Translations under genes and position numbers: made by a program | Notes under the pieces: model-generated | The model's database searches: none | Seen by the model: only the letters and a program-made list of their open reading frames with translations | What the model was told of the DNA's origin: nothing | Shown here: one piece after another, positions 52,874 through 61,516 of the stretch | Position numbering within the stretch: the first letter of the stretch is position 1 | How the letters are laid out: each line of letters opens with the position of its first letter | Source of the DNA: an uncultured delta proteobacterium | GTDB taxonomy: Bacteria > Desulfobacterota > Binatia > UBA9968 | DNA length: 64,000 bases | Assembly (NCBI GenBank): GCA_963755715.1 | Contig: CAVWLW010000076.1 | Coordinates: forward strand, 32,001 to 96,000 | Direction of reading: 5' to 3'

Positions 52874-54730
52874 ATGAAACGAAAAATCTTTGGCTACGTG
52901 TTTGCGTTCATGGCGATGCTGCTGTGGGCGAGTTTGTCTGATCGGGTTTCTTTCGCGGCCGATGAAAGCAAGGAAGGGGCGCCAGCAGCGGAGGCGCCTA
53001 AAGCTGAAGCTCCGTCCGCTGCGCCTGCTGCACCGGCGGCGGCAGCGCCGGCGCCGAAATTACCGCCGTATTTCACAGCGACGAGTCCGGATCCGAAAAC
53101 GCCCGCACCTTGGCCCGATCCGACGGGCTCTGCCTCTGGTGTGTGGGCAACTCCAGCCGGTGACGGGAAGGGTGATGTTCCTGATAAGCTGTCGATGCAA
53201 GATCTCTATGATCGGATGGCGCACAACCTATATTCTATTAATTACGTTTGGGCTCTGGTCGCCGGTTTTCTAGTCATGTTCATGCAGGCTGGCTTCATGC
53301 TCGTTGAGACCGGGCTTTGCCGCGCGAAAAATGCGTCGCATACCGCAGCCATGAATCTCATGATTTATCCGCTAGGCTGTCTCGCGTTTTGGGTCTACGG
53401 GTTCGCCATCGGGTGGGGCAACTGGTGGAATGGTCCCGTCGCTCCAGGTTGGTACCCGTCTCTAGGTCCAGGCCTGTCACTGCTCAATGAGGGTTGGGGC
53501 TTGGGTGCGGCTGTCGATGCGGCGGGAAAGGCAACAGGTGCGTTTACTTATGGCCTAATCGGTTTGAAGGGTTGGTTTTTGACCGGTGCTGTAGGCGATA
53601 CCGCAGTTTTGGTGTTGTTCTTTTTCATGATGGTTTTTATGGATACCACCGCAACGATTCCCACCGGTGCGATGGCCGAACGCTGGGCCTGGAAGAATTA
53701 CTGCCTGTTCGGATTGTGGATTGCGCTGCCTTATTGCCTCTACGGCAATTGGGTGTGGGGTGGGGGTTGGCTAGCCCAAGGCGGCGTAAATTGGGGACTT
53801 GGTCATGGAGCGGTCGATTTCGCCGGTTCTGGTGTTGTTCACGCAATGGGTGGCGTGATCGCGCTCGCGGGAGCCATGGTTCTCGGGCCGCGCATTGGCA
53901 AATTCAATGCACAGGGTAGACCGAATGCCATGCCTGGTCACGACGTGCCGATGGTCGCGTTGGGAACGTTCATCTTAGCTTTCGGTTGGTTCGGTTTTAA
54001 TCCGGGCTCGACACTCGCGGGCACCGATTTGCGAATCAGCTACGTCGTTGTGAACACGATGCTCGCCGGCATCGTTGGTGCGCTCGCTGCAATGGTGACA
54101 CTCATGATGAAGGGGCTTAAACCGGATACCACGATGATGTGCAACGGCATGCTTGCTGGCTTGGTCGCGATCACGGCGCCATGTGCGTTCGTCGATCCGT
54201 GGGCGGCGGCTGTCATCGGTTTGGTGGCTGGCTGGCTCGTGGTGGTAAGCGTGTTCTTCTGGGAAGCTCGGGGCATCGACGATCCTGTCGGTGCGATCTC
54301 CGTTCACGGAGTCAACGGGTTGTGGGGCGTTATTTCAGTAGGCATATTCGCGACCGGCCAATATGGCGCCGGCTGGAACGGTGTCGTGCGCGATGGGATG
54401 GTGAAGCTGTACGGTTCAGACGGTGTCCGCGGTCTGCTTTACGGCGATTTCTCACAGTTCATCATGCAAGTGATCGACGCAGGCACTGTGGCGGTCTTCG
54501 GTTTCGTGATGGCATTCGTATGGTTCAAAGTCAGTGATCTCATCACACCGATTCGCGTCAGCAAAGAAATTGAGATCGAAGGTCTTGATGGTCCGGAAAT
54601 GGGTGTGCTTGGTTACCCAGATTTCCAGCTTCATCCATCGGCATCGGGAGGCAGTGCAGCTATCGACGTCGGCAGTGCAGCCGCGTCTGCACCTTTGGGT
54701 GTGCAAGTAAGAAAGGTTGTTACCGACTAG
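52874..54730 (+). CDS. amtB: ammonium transporter with long N-terminal extension
   Basis: FMQAGF, DFAGSGVVH, GWFGFNPGS, GLVAIT, DDPVGAISVHG. Confidence 0.93.
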   Translation: MKRKIFGYVFAFMAMLLWASLSDRVSFAADESKEGAPAAEAPKAEAPSAAPAAPAAAAPAPKLPPYFTATSPDPKTPAPWPDPTGSASGVWATPAGDGKGDVPDKLSMQDLYDRMAHNLYSINYVWALVAGFLVMFMQAGFMLVETGLCRAKNASHTAAMNLMIYPLGCLAFWVYGFAIGWGNWWNGPVAPGWYPSLGPGLSLLNEGWGLGAAVDAAGKATGAFTYGLIGLKGWFLTGAVGDTAVLVLFFFMMVFMDTTATIPTGAMAERWAWKNYCLFGLWIALPYCLYGNWVWGGGWLAQGGVNWGLGHGAVDFAGSGVVHAMGGVIALAGAMVLGPRIGKFNAQGRPNAMPGHDVPMVALGTFILAFGWFGFNPGSTLAGTDLRISYVVVNTMLAGIVGALAAMVTLMMKGLKPDTTMMCNGMLAGLVAITAPCAFVDPWAAAVIGLVAGWLVVVSVFFWEARGIDDPVGAISVHGVNGLWGVISVGIFATGQYGAGWNGVVRDGMVKLYGSDGVRGLLYGDFSQFIMQVIDAGTVAVFGFVMAFVWFKVSDLITPIRVSKEIEIEGLDGPEMGVLGYPDFQLHPSASGGSAAIDVGSAAASAPLGVQVRKVVTD

Positions 54731-54757
54731 ATGCAAGTTTCGAAGTAAAGCGCAAAA

Positions 54758-54788
54758 CTGCCGGGATCGCTGTCAGCGATCCCGGCGG
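54758..54788. terminator. GC-rich hairpin after amtB
   Basis: CTGCCGGGATCGC-tgtca-GCGATCCCGGCGG; no U-tract on the + strand. Confidence 0.5.
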
Positions 54789-54881
54789 GGGCGCTTACGG
54801 TAGATTCCCGCCAGTTCTCTCTTGTGGACATTTCAACCGCCAGCAACTTCGCCGATTTCGGAGTGAAGCTTTAATGCCTAC

Positions 54882-54918
54882 TGCTCAGAAGTTAGGCTTC
54901 ACGATTAATCATTAGGCA
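54882..54918. promoter_or_regulatory. tandem 17-bp NtrC-type enhancer sites upstream of glnA
   Basis: TGCTCAGAAGTTAGGCT-tca-CGATTAATCATTAGGCA; same architecture as 52284-52320. Confidence 0.6.
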
Positions 54919-55011
54919 ACCCTCGCATTAAACAGGCGGTCTGATCGTTCTCCAAGCAAAAATTTCTTTTTGTTTTTGGCGGTGAGCCGAAGGTCGCGGA
55001 AATAATGTTTG

Positions 55012-55027
55012 TGGCATTGAGCTTGCT
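55012..55027 (+). promoter_or_regulatory. sigma54 promoter of glnA
   Basis: TGGCATTGAGCTTGCT (GG-N10-GC). Confidence 0.75.
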
Positions 55028-55092
55028 CATAGATTTTGGCGGCGGGCGATTCACGCGAACATTTCTACGGGGCTCTAAATCGAGGAGTTTTT

Positions 55093-55203
55093 ATGAAGAT
55101 GGTTAAAGCGATCATAGAGTCCTTCGAATCGGACGAAGTGAAGCACGCGCTCACCACGGCCGATATTGGTTCATTTCTCCAGCCGTCTAAGCGGCTGGGA
55201 TAA
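55093..55203 (+). other. 36-aa uORF homologous to the P-II N-terminus (glnB remnant or leader peptide)
   Basis: RBS GAGGAG; MKMVKAIIESFESDEVKHALTTADIGSFLQPSKRLG* versus [25 protein letters not shown] of the P-II at 52504. Confidence 0.7.
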
Positions 55204-55249
55204 TTTTTTCACTGGATTCAAACGCGACTTCACTTAAGGAGGCAAATAC

Positions 55250-56668
55250 ATGTCAGTGAAAGACGCCTTAGAGATGGCGAAGAAGAATAAGGTCGAGATC
55301 GTGGATTTGAAGTTTGTCGATTTTCCCGGGTTATGGCAGCACTTTTCGATCCCGGCAGCCGAGTTATCCGCCGAGCTGTTCGAAGAAGGATTGGGGTTTG
55401 ACGGTTCCAGCATACGCGGATTTCAATCGATCAATGAATCCGACATGATTTTGCTGCCCGACGCCGACACCGCCATGATGGACCCGTTCACCGAACACTC
55501 CACCATCAGCTTTATCTGCAACGTCCTCGACGCCATCACCCGCGAGTCCTACACCCGAGACCCGAGATACATCACCCAGAAAGCCGAGAAGTATTTAAAG
55601 TCCACCGGCCTAGCCGACACCAGCTACTGGGGCCCCGAGATCGAGTTTTTTATCTTCGACAGCGTGCGCTTCGACCAAAACCATCATGAGGGCTACTACC
55701 ATATTGACTCGGTCGAAGGCTTTTGGAACTCCGGCAAAGGCGGAGACCAGCCCAATCTCGGCAACAAGATTCGATACAAAGAAGGCTACTTCCCCGTCCC
55801 CCCCATGGACCAGTACCAGGATCTAAGATCCGAGATGGTGTTAAATTTAGAGAAATGCGGAGTCAAGATCGAAGTCCATCACCACGAAGTCGCCACCGGC
55901 GGCCAGACTGAAATCGACATGCGCTTTGACACCATGACCAAGATGGCCGACAAGGTGCTGACGTATAAGTACGTGGTCAAGAACACCGCCAGGAAGAGAG
56001 GCAAAGTGGTCACGGTCATGCCCAAGCCCTTGTTTCAAGACAACGGCTCCGGCATGCACTGCCACCAGAGTCTGTGGAAAGCCGGGAAGAATATCTTCTA
56101 CGACAAGAAAGGCTACGGGTTGATCAGCGACACCGCCCGATACTACATCGGCGGGTTGATTAAACACGCCCACGCGCTCTGCGCCTTCATCGCCCCCACG
56201 ACCAACTCCTATCGAAGACTGGTCCCCGGCTATGAAGCGCCGATCAATTTAGTCTACTCGGCCAGAAACCGCAGTGCCTGCGTGCGTATACCCATGTACT
56301 CCACCAGTGAGAAGGCCAAGAGACTAGAGTTTAGGACCCCCGATCCCAGTGCCAATCCGTACTTTGCCTTCCCCGCCATGCTGATGGCGGGACTGGATGG
56401 GATCAGAAACAAGACTGAGCCGCCCAAGCCGATCGACAAGAACTTATATGAGCTAGAGCCCGAAGAGGCGGCCAAGGTGAAATCGATGCCGGGGTCGTTG
56501 GATCAGGCGCTGGATGCTTTGGAGAAGGATCATGAGTTTCTGCTCAGAGGGGATGTATTCACCAAGGACGTGATCGAGACCTGGCTGGAGTACAAGAGAA
56601 AGGCTGAGGTCGATGCCATCCGTCTGCGTCCCCATCCTTGGGAGTTCGCTCTGTACTTCGATATCTGA
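55250..56668 (+). CDS. glnA: glutamine synthetase type I
   Basis: FDGSSI, HHHEVA, DNGSGMH, RLVPGYEAP, NRSACVR, NLYEL (adenylylation Tyr), HPWEF. Confidence 0.97.
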   Translation: MSVKDALEMAKKNKVEIVDLKFVDFPGLWQHFSIPAAELSAELFEEGLGFDGSSIRGFQSINESDMILLPDADTAMMDPFTEHSTISFICNVLDAITRESYTRDPRYITQKAEKYLKSTGLADTSYWGPEIEFFIFDSVRFDQNHHEGYYHIDSVEGFWNSGKGGDQPNLGNKIRYKEGYFPVPPMDQYQDLRSEMVLNLEKCGVKIEVHHHEVATGGQTEIDMRFDTMTKMADKVLTYKYVVKNTARKRGKVVTVMPKPLFQDNGSGMHCHQSLWKAGKNIFYDKKGYGLISDTARYYIGGLIKHAHALCAFIAPTTNSYRRLVPGYEAPINLVYSARNRSACVRIPMYSTSEKAKRLEFRTPDPSANPYFAFPAMLMAGLDGIRNKTEPPKPIDKNLYELEPEEAAKVKSMPGSLDQALDALEKDHEFLLRGDVFTKDVIETWLEYKRKAEVDAIRLRPHPWEFALYFDI

Positions 56669-56673
56669 TGGCA

Positions 56674-56765
56674 AGGACTGAGGACTGAGTAACGAGGACT
56701 GCGCAAGGAACAAACGTGACTCGCGCCGCCTAGCCGACAACTCAGTCCTCAGCGACTCAGCACTA
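56674..56765. repeat. short heptamer repeats in inverted orientation
   Basis: AGGACTG-AGGACTG-AGTAACG-AGGACTG ... CTCAGTC-CTCAGCGA-CTCAGCA. Confidence 0.55.
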
Positions 56766-56784
56766 AGCCGCGTGAGGGACCGTT

Positions 56785-57531
56785 ATGGAAGAGGTCCTGG
56801 TTTTCCAGCATGATCCGTTCGAAGACTTAGGATTTTTCGCCGAGGTTTTAGAAAAGCAAGGATCGGATTATCGAGTTGTTCGTTTGTTTCACGGCGAAAT
56901 GCCGGCGGAGGAATGGGAACATGTAAGCGCGCTGATCGTTCTCGGCGGGCCGATGAACGTCGATGAGGAGGAAAATTTTTCTTTTCTCCGCTGGGAGAAA
57001 AGAATTATTCGCGCCGCGATCGACGAGGCAGTGCCCGTATTGGGCATCTGCTTGGGGGCGCAGCTAATCGCCTCCGCGCTTGGCACGGCAGTCTTTCATG
57101 GTCCCGTCAAAGAAATCGGTTGGAGCCCAATTTCCATCACGCCGCATGGCCAGGTGGATTCGCTGCTCGGTTATTTGCCCGAGAGCGCGACGGTTTTTCA
57201 ATGGCACAGCGATGGCTTCGAATTACCCGCCGGCGCGATCCGGCTCGCGTCGTCGGCCCATTACAGCACCCAAGCTTTTCGCCTCGGCAAAACGATTTAC
57301 GGCTTGCAGTTTCATCTCGAAGTGACGCCGCGCATGATCGAGCGCTGGCTCGACGAGCGTTCGAAAGATTTGGCGCTCGCACCCTACGTCCTACCCGACA
57401 AAATTCGCGCCGATACGCAGAGCTACGCGCCGACCTTGAAATACTACGCGGAGCGATTTTTATCCGAGTTCGTTCGGCGCATGTCGCGTTCACGCAATCG
57501 CAAAGTGGATGGAGGCCAGGCGACTGAATGA
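56785..57531 (+). CDS. class I glutamine amidotransferase-like protein
   Basis: LGGPM, LGICLGAQL (Cys), QWH, LQFHLE (His-x-Glu). Confidence 0.9.
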   Translation: MEEVLVFQHDPFEDLGFFAEVLEKQGSDYRVVRLFHGEMPAEEWEHVSALIVLGGPMNVDEEENFSFLRWEKRIIRAAIDEAVPVLGICLGAQLIASALGTAVFHGPVKEIGWSPISITPHGQVDSLLGYLPESATVFQWHSDGFELPAGAIRLASSAHYSTQAFRLGKTIYGLQFHLEVTPRMIERWLDERSKDLALAPYVLPDKIRADTQSYAPTLKYYAERFLSEFVRRMSRSRNRKVDGGQATE

Positions 57532-58115
57532 GACGCGTCCTGGTCATCGACGATCATGAGTCCTCGCGCAAGCAAATCCTTGCGACATTAAAAGACGGCG
57601 GATACGAGATCGCCGGCGAGGGGACCAGTGGAAAACTGGCCGTGGCCTTGGCACGGACGGCGCTGCCGGACGTGCTTTTGATGGCCGTCGGTCTGCCCGA
57701 CCTCGACGGGATCGAGGCGGCCCGCGACGTGATGCTCGCACAGCCGCTGCCGATCGTTCTAGTGACCAGTCACTTCGACAGCGCAACGGTAGAGCGCGCG
57801 AAATCGGCGGGCATCAGAGGATATCTGGTCAAGCCGCTGCGGGCTGCGGAACTCAGTCCGGCGATCGAGCTCGCCATCGCGCAGTTCCGCGACTTTGTCT
57901 CGCTCAGAGCTGAAAACTCAACGCTCAAAGAAACTCTCGAAGCGCGCAAGCTCATCGAGCGCGCCAAGGGCTTGTTGATGGAGCAAAGGCGTATTTCGGA
58001 AGAACAGGCCTATACCTTGATCAAGAAAACCAGCATGAACATGCGCAAGCCCATGGCGGACGTCGCTCAGGCGATCATTCTGGCCGGCGGCTTTTTCAAG
58101 GGCGAGAAGAGTTAG
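57528..58115 (+). CDS. ANTAR-domain response regulator (NasT/AmiR-like) with a pseudo-receiver
   Basis: Receiver fold followed by RKLIERAKGLLM...EEQAY..I..SM (ANTAR). The phospho-Asp position is Ala (LLMAVGLP). Confidence 0.88.
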   Translation: MRRVLVIDDHESSRKQILATLKDGGYEIAGEGTSGKLAVALARTALPDVLLMAVGLPDLDGIEAARDVMLAQPLPIVLVTSHFDSATVERAKSAGIRGYLVKPLRAAELSPAIELAIAQFRDFVSLRAENSTLKETLEARKLIERAKGLLMEQRRISEEQAYTLIKKTSMNMRKPMADVAQAIILAGGFFKGEKS

Positions 58116-58237
58116 ATAATTCCACACAGACTCGACCGCTGCCATGTCTCTAGGCAGACCCTGACTTCCACATGTGCAACAGCGGCGCAGCCCTGATCGG
58201 CAGCGCTGAAATTGCAACGATTTCTCTCGCGCGATTA

Positions 58238-58253
58238 TGGCATAACGATTGCT
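58238..58253 (+). promoter_or_regulatory. sigma54 promoter of the nitrite/nitrate operon
   Basis: TGGCATAACGATTGCT; upstream 17-mers TGCCATGTCTCTAGGCA (58140-58156) and TGACTTCCACATGTGCA (58162-58178). Confidence 0.75.
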
Positions 58254-58268
58254 CATAAAATCAACGAG

Positions 58269-58332
58269 GGCAACGACGCTTTCTTTGAGCAAAGGCGCTC
58301 ATCGGGAATCCGATGGAGCGCCTTTTTATTTT
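58269..58332 (+). promoter_or_regulatory. ANTAR two-hairpin antitermination RNA with overlapping intrinsic terminator
   Basis: P1 GGC-AACGAC-GCT and P2 AGC-AAAGGC-GCT (hexaloops with A1/G4). P2 overlaps the terminator AAAGGCGCTC-ATCGG-gaat-CCGAT-g-GAGCGCCTTT-TTATTTT. Confidence 0.8.
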
Positions 58333-58347
58333 ACGAAGGAGGGTGGG

Positions 58348-58548
58348 ATGACCAGAGCGCGGCAAAAAAGTCCGACCGGCAGGATCTTCGACAATATTCT
58401 TTTTTTGGCGGAAGTGTTCGGCGATCAGGCGGACCAAGATATCCCGAAGATGCCGGTGTTGGAGATGGCGCAGTGCTTCGACCTGCAAGCCCCGAGAGTC
58501 AGCCCTCCGAGCCGGCGTCGTAGCAAAGCCTGGGCGTTATGGAAATGA
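58348..58548 (+). CDS. 66-aa hypothetical protein
   Basis: Strong RBS AAGGAGGG then ATG 58348; first ORF after the ANTAR terminator. Confidence 0.5.
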   Translation: MTRARQKSPTGRIFDNILFLAEVFGDQADQDIPKMPVLEMAQCFDLQAPRVSPPSRRRSKAWALWK

Positions 58549-58554
58549 ACGTAG

Positions 58555-58893
58555 TTGAAGTATCGGGTCAGCGACACAGCCGGCTGGGTCATCATCAGAC
58601 CGTCCGGCAAGGCTCAAAACAACGAGCCGCTGCGGGTTAGATATCTGTTTCGACGCTGGTTATCGCGTGACGGTGTGCGCGTGATCGTCGACTTGAAAGA
58701 GCTGGATCAGTTCGGCGTTTGGGAAGTCGGATTGCTGACTTCATTCAAAAGAGAAGTCGATCAACGCACCGGGGTCCTTCGTATCTGCAGCCTAGATCCA
58801 AACCTGGAAGGCTATTTTAAAAAAGATCGCTTTGCGTGCCAGTTCGATATCTACCAAGACCTCGAAAGCGCGATGACGCCGGAAAGGAAGTAG
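58555..58893 (+). CDS. STAS domain protein (anti-anti-sigma fold)
   Basis: VIIRPSG, VIVDLKEL, GVLRICSL, FDIYQDLESA; start uncertain. Confidence 0.7.
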   Translation: MKYRVSDTAGWVIIRPSGKAQNNEPLRVRYLFRRWLSRDGVRVIVDLKELDQFGVWEVGLLTSFKREVDQRTGVLRICSLDPNLEGYFKKDRFACQFDIYQDLESAMTPERK

Positions 58894-58896
58894 GAG

Positions 58897-59631
58897 ATGG
58901 GAGCTTGCAGCACCGCTGTGACTGAGCTCAATCCGGGCATTTTTCAGATCCGCGGCCTGGGCGGGAGCAGCCACAGCTATGTAATCAAGGGCGATTACAT
59001 GAACGTGATGATCGATTCGGGTTCGGATCAAAATTTTCCAGTGCTTGAACGCGGGTTGCGCCACATCGGGATAAAGGTCCGCGACGTCAACCTGGTGATC
59101 AATTCGCACGAGCACTGCGATCACATCGGTGCCAATCGTTATTTTCAAGACTGCGCGATGATCGCCGCCTATCGTCTCGCCGCATCCAAGATAATCACGG
59201 GCGATTACTACGTGACCATGTACAAGGGTAACGACTTGAACGAAATTCCGCTGCGCGTGCACCTGTGGCTCGAAAACATGACGCGCATCGATCTGGGCAA
59301 TTACAGCCTGCGTGTGTTTCACACGCCCGGTCATACGTCCGGTTGCATCTCGATCATCGAGGCGCGATGCGGCCTGCTCTTTTCCGCTGACAGCGTGTTC
59401 GCCGGCGGCACGCTTTCCTATATCGCCGAGTCGGGAAGCATCGGCGACTATTTGGATTCTTTGACTCGTCTGCGCTGTTTTGGTTTGCGCGCGCTGTATC
59501 CGGGACACGGCAGGATTTCGACGACGCCGATCGAAGACATCGACCAAGCGATTGCCAATGCCGAGAAAATGCTCGACGAGCGGAGCCAAACCAGCCCCGA
59601 GATCTTCTATCAAAAGGGCGCGGAAAGTTAA
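58897..59631 (+). CDS. MBL-fold metallo-hydrolase
   Basis: IDSG, SHEHCDHIG, TPGHT, FSAD, YPGHG. Confidence 0.85.
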   Translation: MGACSTAVTELNPGIFQIRGLGGSSHSYVIKGDYMNVMIDSGSDQNFPVLERGLRHIGIKVRDVNLVINSHEHCDHIGANRYFQDCAMIAAYRLAASKIITGDYYVTMYKGNDLNEIPLRVHLWLENMTRIDLGNYSLRVFHTPGHTSGCISIIEARCGLLFSADSVFAGGTLSYIAESGSIGDYLDSLTRLRCFGLRALYPGHGRISTTPIEDIDQAIANAEKMLDERSQTSPEIFYQKGAES

Positions 59632-59664
59632 TCGGCAATGCGGCCGCTCTAGGAATCGCCTCGG

Positions 59665-61512
59665 ATGAACAAGATTGAAGAATACAAACAAGAGAAAGAC
59701 GGGCTGGATATTCTTCAAGACATTCCGCGTTATGCCGCCGAAGGCTGGGAGAAAATCACCGACGGTGACAAGGAGCGTCTGAAGTGGGCCGGCGTATTTT
59801 TCCGCCGCCAGACGCCTGGCCGCTTTATGATGCGTTTGCGCGTTCCCAACGGTTTCATGACGGCGATACAGCTCCGCACCATCGGTGAAATCAGCGGTGA
59901 ATTTGGCAAGGGCTTCGCTGATATCACGACACGCCAACAGATGCAGCTGCGCTGGTTTACTATCAACGAGGTTCCGGAAATCTGGAATCGACTGAGGGGC
60001 GTCAATCTAATCTCGCTGCAAACCGGCATGGATAACATTCGCGGCGTGATCGGTTGTCCGGTCGCCGGGCTCACGCCTAACGAGCTTTTCGACGCCTCGG
60101 CGGTGGTGCGTGATTTCACGCAAATGTTTCTCGGCAACAAGGACTACACAAATTTGCCGCGAAAATTCAATGTGACCATTACCGGTTGCAAGGAAGCCTG
60201 CACCCACGCCGAAGCGCAAGACATCGCCATGACGCCGGCGCTAAAAACAATCGGTGGCGCCGAGGTCCTTGGATTCAACGTCGCCGTCGGCGGAAAGATG
60301 GGCTCGGGCGGCTATCGGATCGCCTCGCCCTTGAATTTGTTTGTCACGGTCGACGAGGCCGCGGCGGTCTGCAGCCAGATCGTTCTTATTTTCCGCGACC
60401 ATGGCGCGCGCGAGTTGCGCACCAAAACGCGTTTGGCCTTTCTCATCGAAGCCTGGGGCGTCGAAAAATTTCGCAAAGAATTGGAACGTCGCGTTGATCG
60501 ACCGCTTGCCTCCGCGGGAATTGACCAACGGACGCCGAAGCACACCGACCATGTCGGTGTGCTTCGCCAGAAACAGGCGGGCCTCAACTATGTTGGGCTC
60601 ACGGTGCCCGTCGGACGCATGACCTCGGAACAAATGCTTCAAGTGGCGGACCTGGCCGAAAATTACGGCAACGGCCAGATCCGACTGACCGTCGGGCAGA
60701 ATTTGATTATTCCCAACGTGCCCGACCGCATGATCGGCGAGCTCACGAGCGAGCCCGTGCTCCAGGAGCTACGTTACGATCCTTCCGAGGTCATGCGCGG
60801 TCTGGTGAGCTGTACCGGCATGGACTACTGCCATTTCGCTTTGATCGAGACCAAGGGGTGGGCGCTGAAGACCGCGCGCGCTCTGGAAGCGAAGCTCGGC
60901 AAGACCCAGCCGCTGCGCATGCATTGGTCCGGCTGTCCGGCGGGTTGCGGCAACCACACAGCCGCGGACATCGGCCTGCTCGGCAAAAATATCAAAGTCA
61001 ACGGTGAAATCATCGAAGCGGTCGACGTGTTTGCCGGCGGCGCTACCGGATGCGAGGCCAACGTGCCGGTAAAAATCATGGAAGACGTGCCGTGTGAGGA
61101 TTTGGCCGGCGTCGTCGGCGGTTTAGTCAAGCACGGCGCATTCAAAGCGATGCGCCAGCAGTTGCGAAAGATTCCTCTAGCCGTAGCTGTGCCGTCCAAG
61201 CCTGCAGCCGAAGTGGAGCGGCCCATAATAAAATCTCAAGAGCTCGCAGAAGGCAGCGCGAAGTTAGTGCGCGCACGAGGTGAAGAAATGGCTGTATTCA
61301 AAAACAACGGACAACTTTATGGCATTCAAAACATCTGTCCGCACGAGGGCGGCCAGCTTTGTAACGGTTGGATCGAAGGTGGTGAAGTCGTGTGCCCTCT
61401 GCATGGATACAAATTCGATCTCAAGACCGGGGCGTGCTCGACGGATCCCAAATTGAAAGTCAGGGTTTTCAAGCTGGTGGCACAAGGGGACCAATTTTTA
61501 TTGGAAGGATGA
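59665..61512 (+). CDS. nirA: ferredoxin-nitrite reductase (NirA) fused to a C-terminal Rieske (NirD-like) domain
   Basis: MMRLRVPNG, TTRQ, NLPRKFN, SCTG..YC and SGCPAGCG (siroheme-[4Fe-4S] ligands); C-terminal CPHEG…VCPLHG Rieske motifs in the same ORF. Confidence 0.88.
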   Translation: MNKIEEYKQEKDGLDILQDIPRYAAEGWEKITDGDKERLKWAGVFFRRQTPGRFMMRLRVPNGFMTAIQLRTIGEISGEFGKGFADITTRQQMQLRWFTINEVPEIWNRLRGVNLISLQTGMDNIRGVIGCPVAGLTPNELFDASAVVRDFTQMFLGNKDYTNLPRKFNVTITGCKEACTHAEAQDIAMTPALKTIGGAEVLGFNVAVGGKMGSGGYRIASPLNLFVTVDEAAAVCSQIVLIFRDHGARELRTKTRLAFLIEAWGVEKFRKELERRVDRPLASAGIDQRTPKHTDHVGVLRQKQAGLNYVGLTVPVGRMTSEQMLQVADLAENYGNGQIRLTVGQNLIIPNVPDRMIGELTSEPVLQELRYDPSEVMRGLVSCTGMDYCHFALIETKGWALKTARALEAKLGKTQPLRMHWSGCPAGCGNHTAADIGLLGKNIKVNGEIIEAVDVFAGGATGCEANVPVKIMEDVPCEDLAGVVGGLVKHGAFKAMRQQLRKIPLAVAVPSKPAAEVERPIIKSQELAEGSAKLVRARGEEMAVFKNNGQLYGIQNICPHEGGQLCNGWIEGGEVVCPLHGYKFDLKTGACSTDPKLKVRVFKLVAQGDQFLLEG

Positions 61513-61516
61513 TGAC

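Noticed and set aside
56674-56765. CRISPR array
   Set aside because: Units are 7 bp with no unique spacers and no cas genes.
58792-59937. 381-aa antisense ORF, and many similar antisense or alternative-frame ORFs
   Set aside because: They shadow well-supported genes in GC-rich DNA and contain no recognisable motifs.
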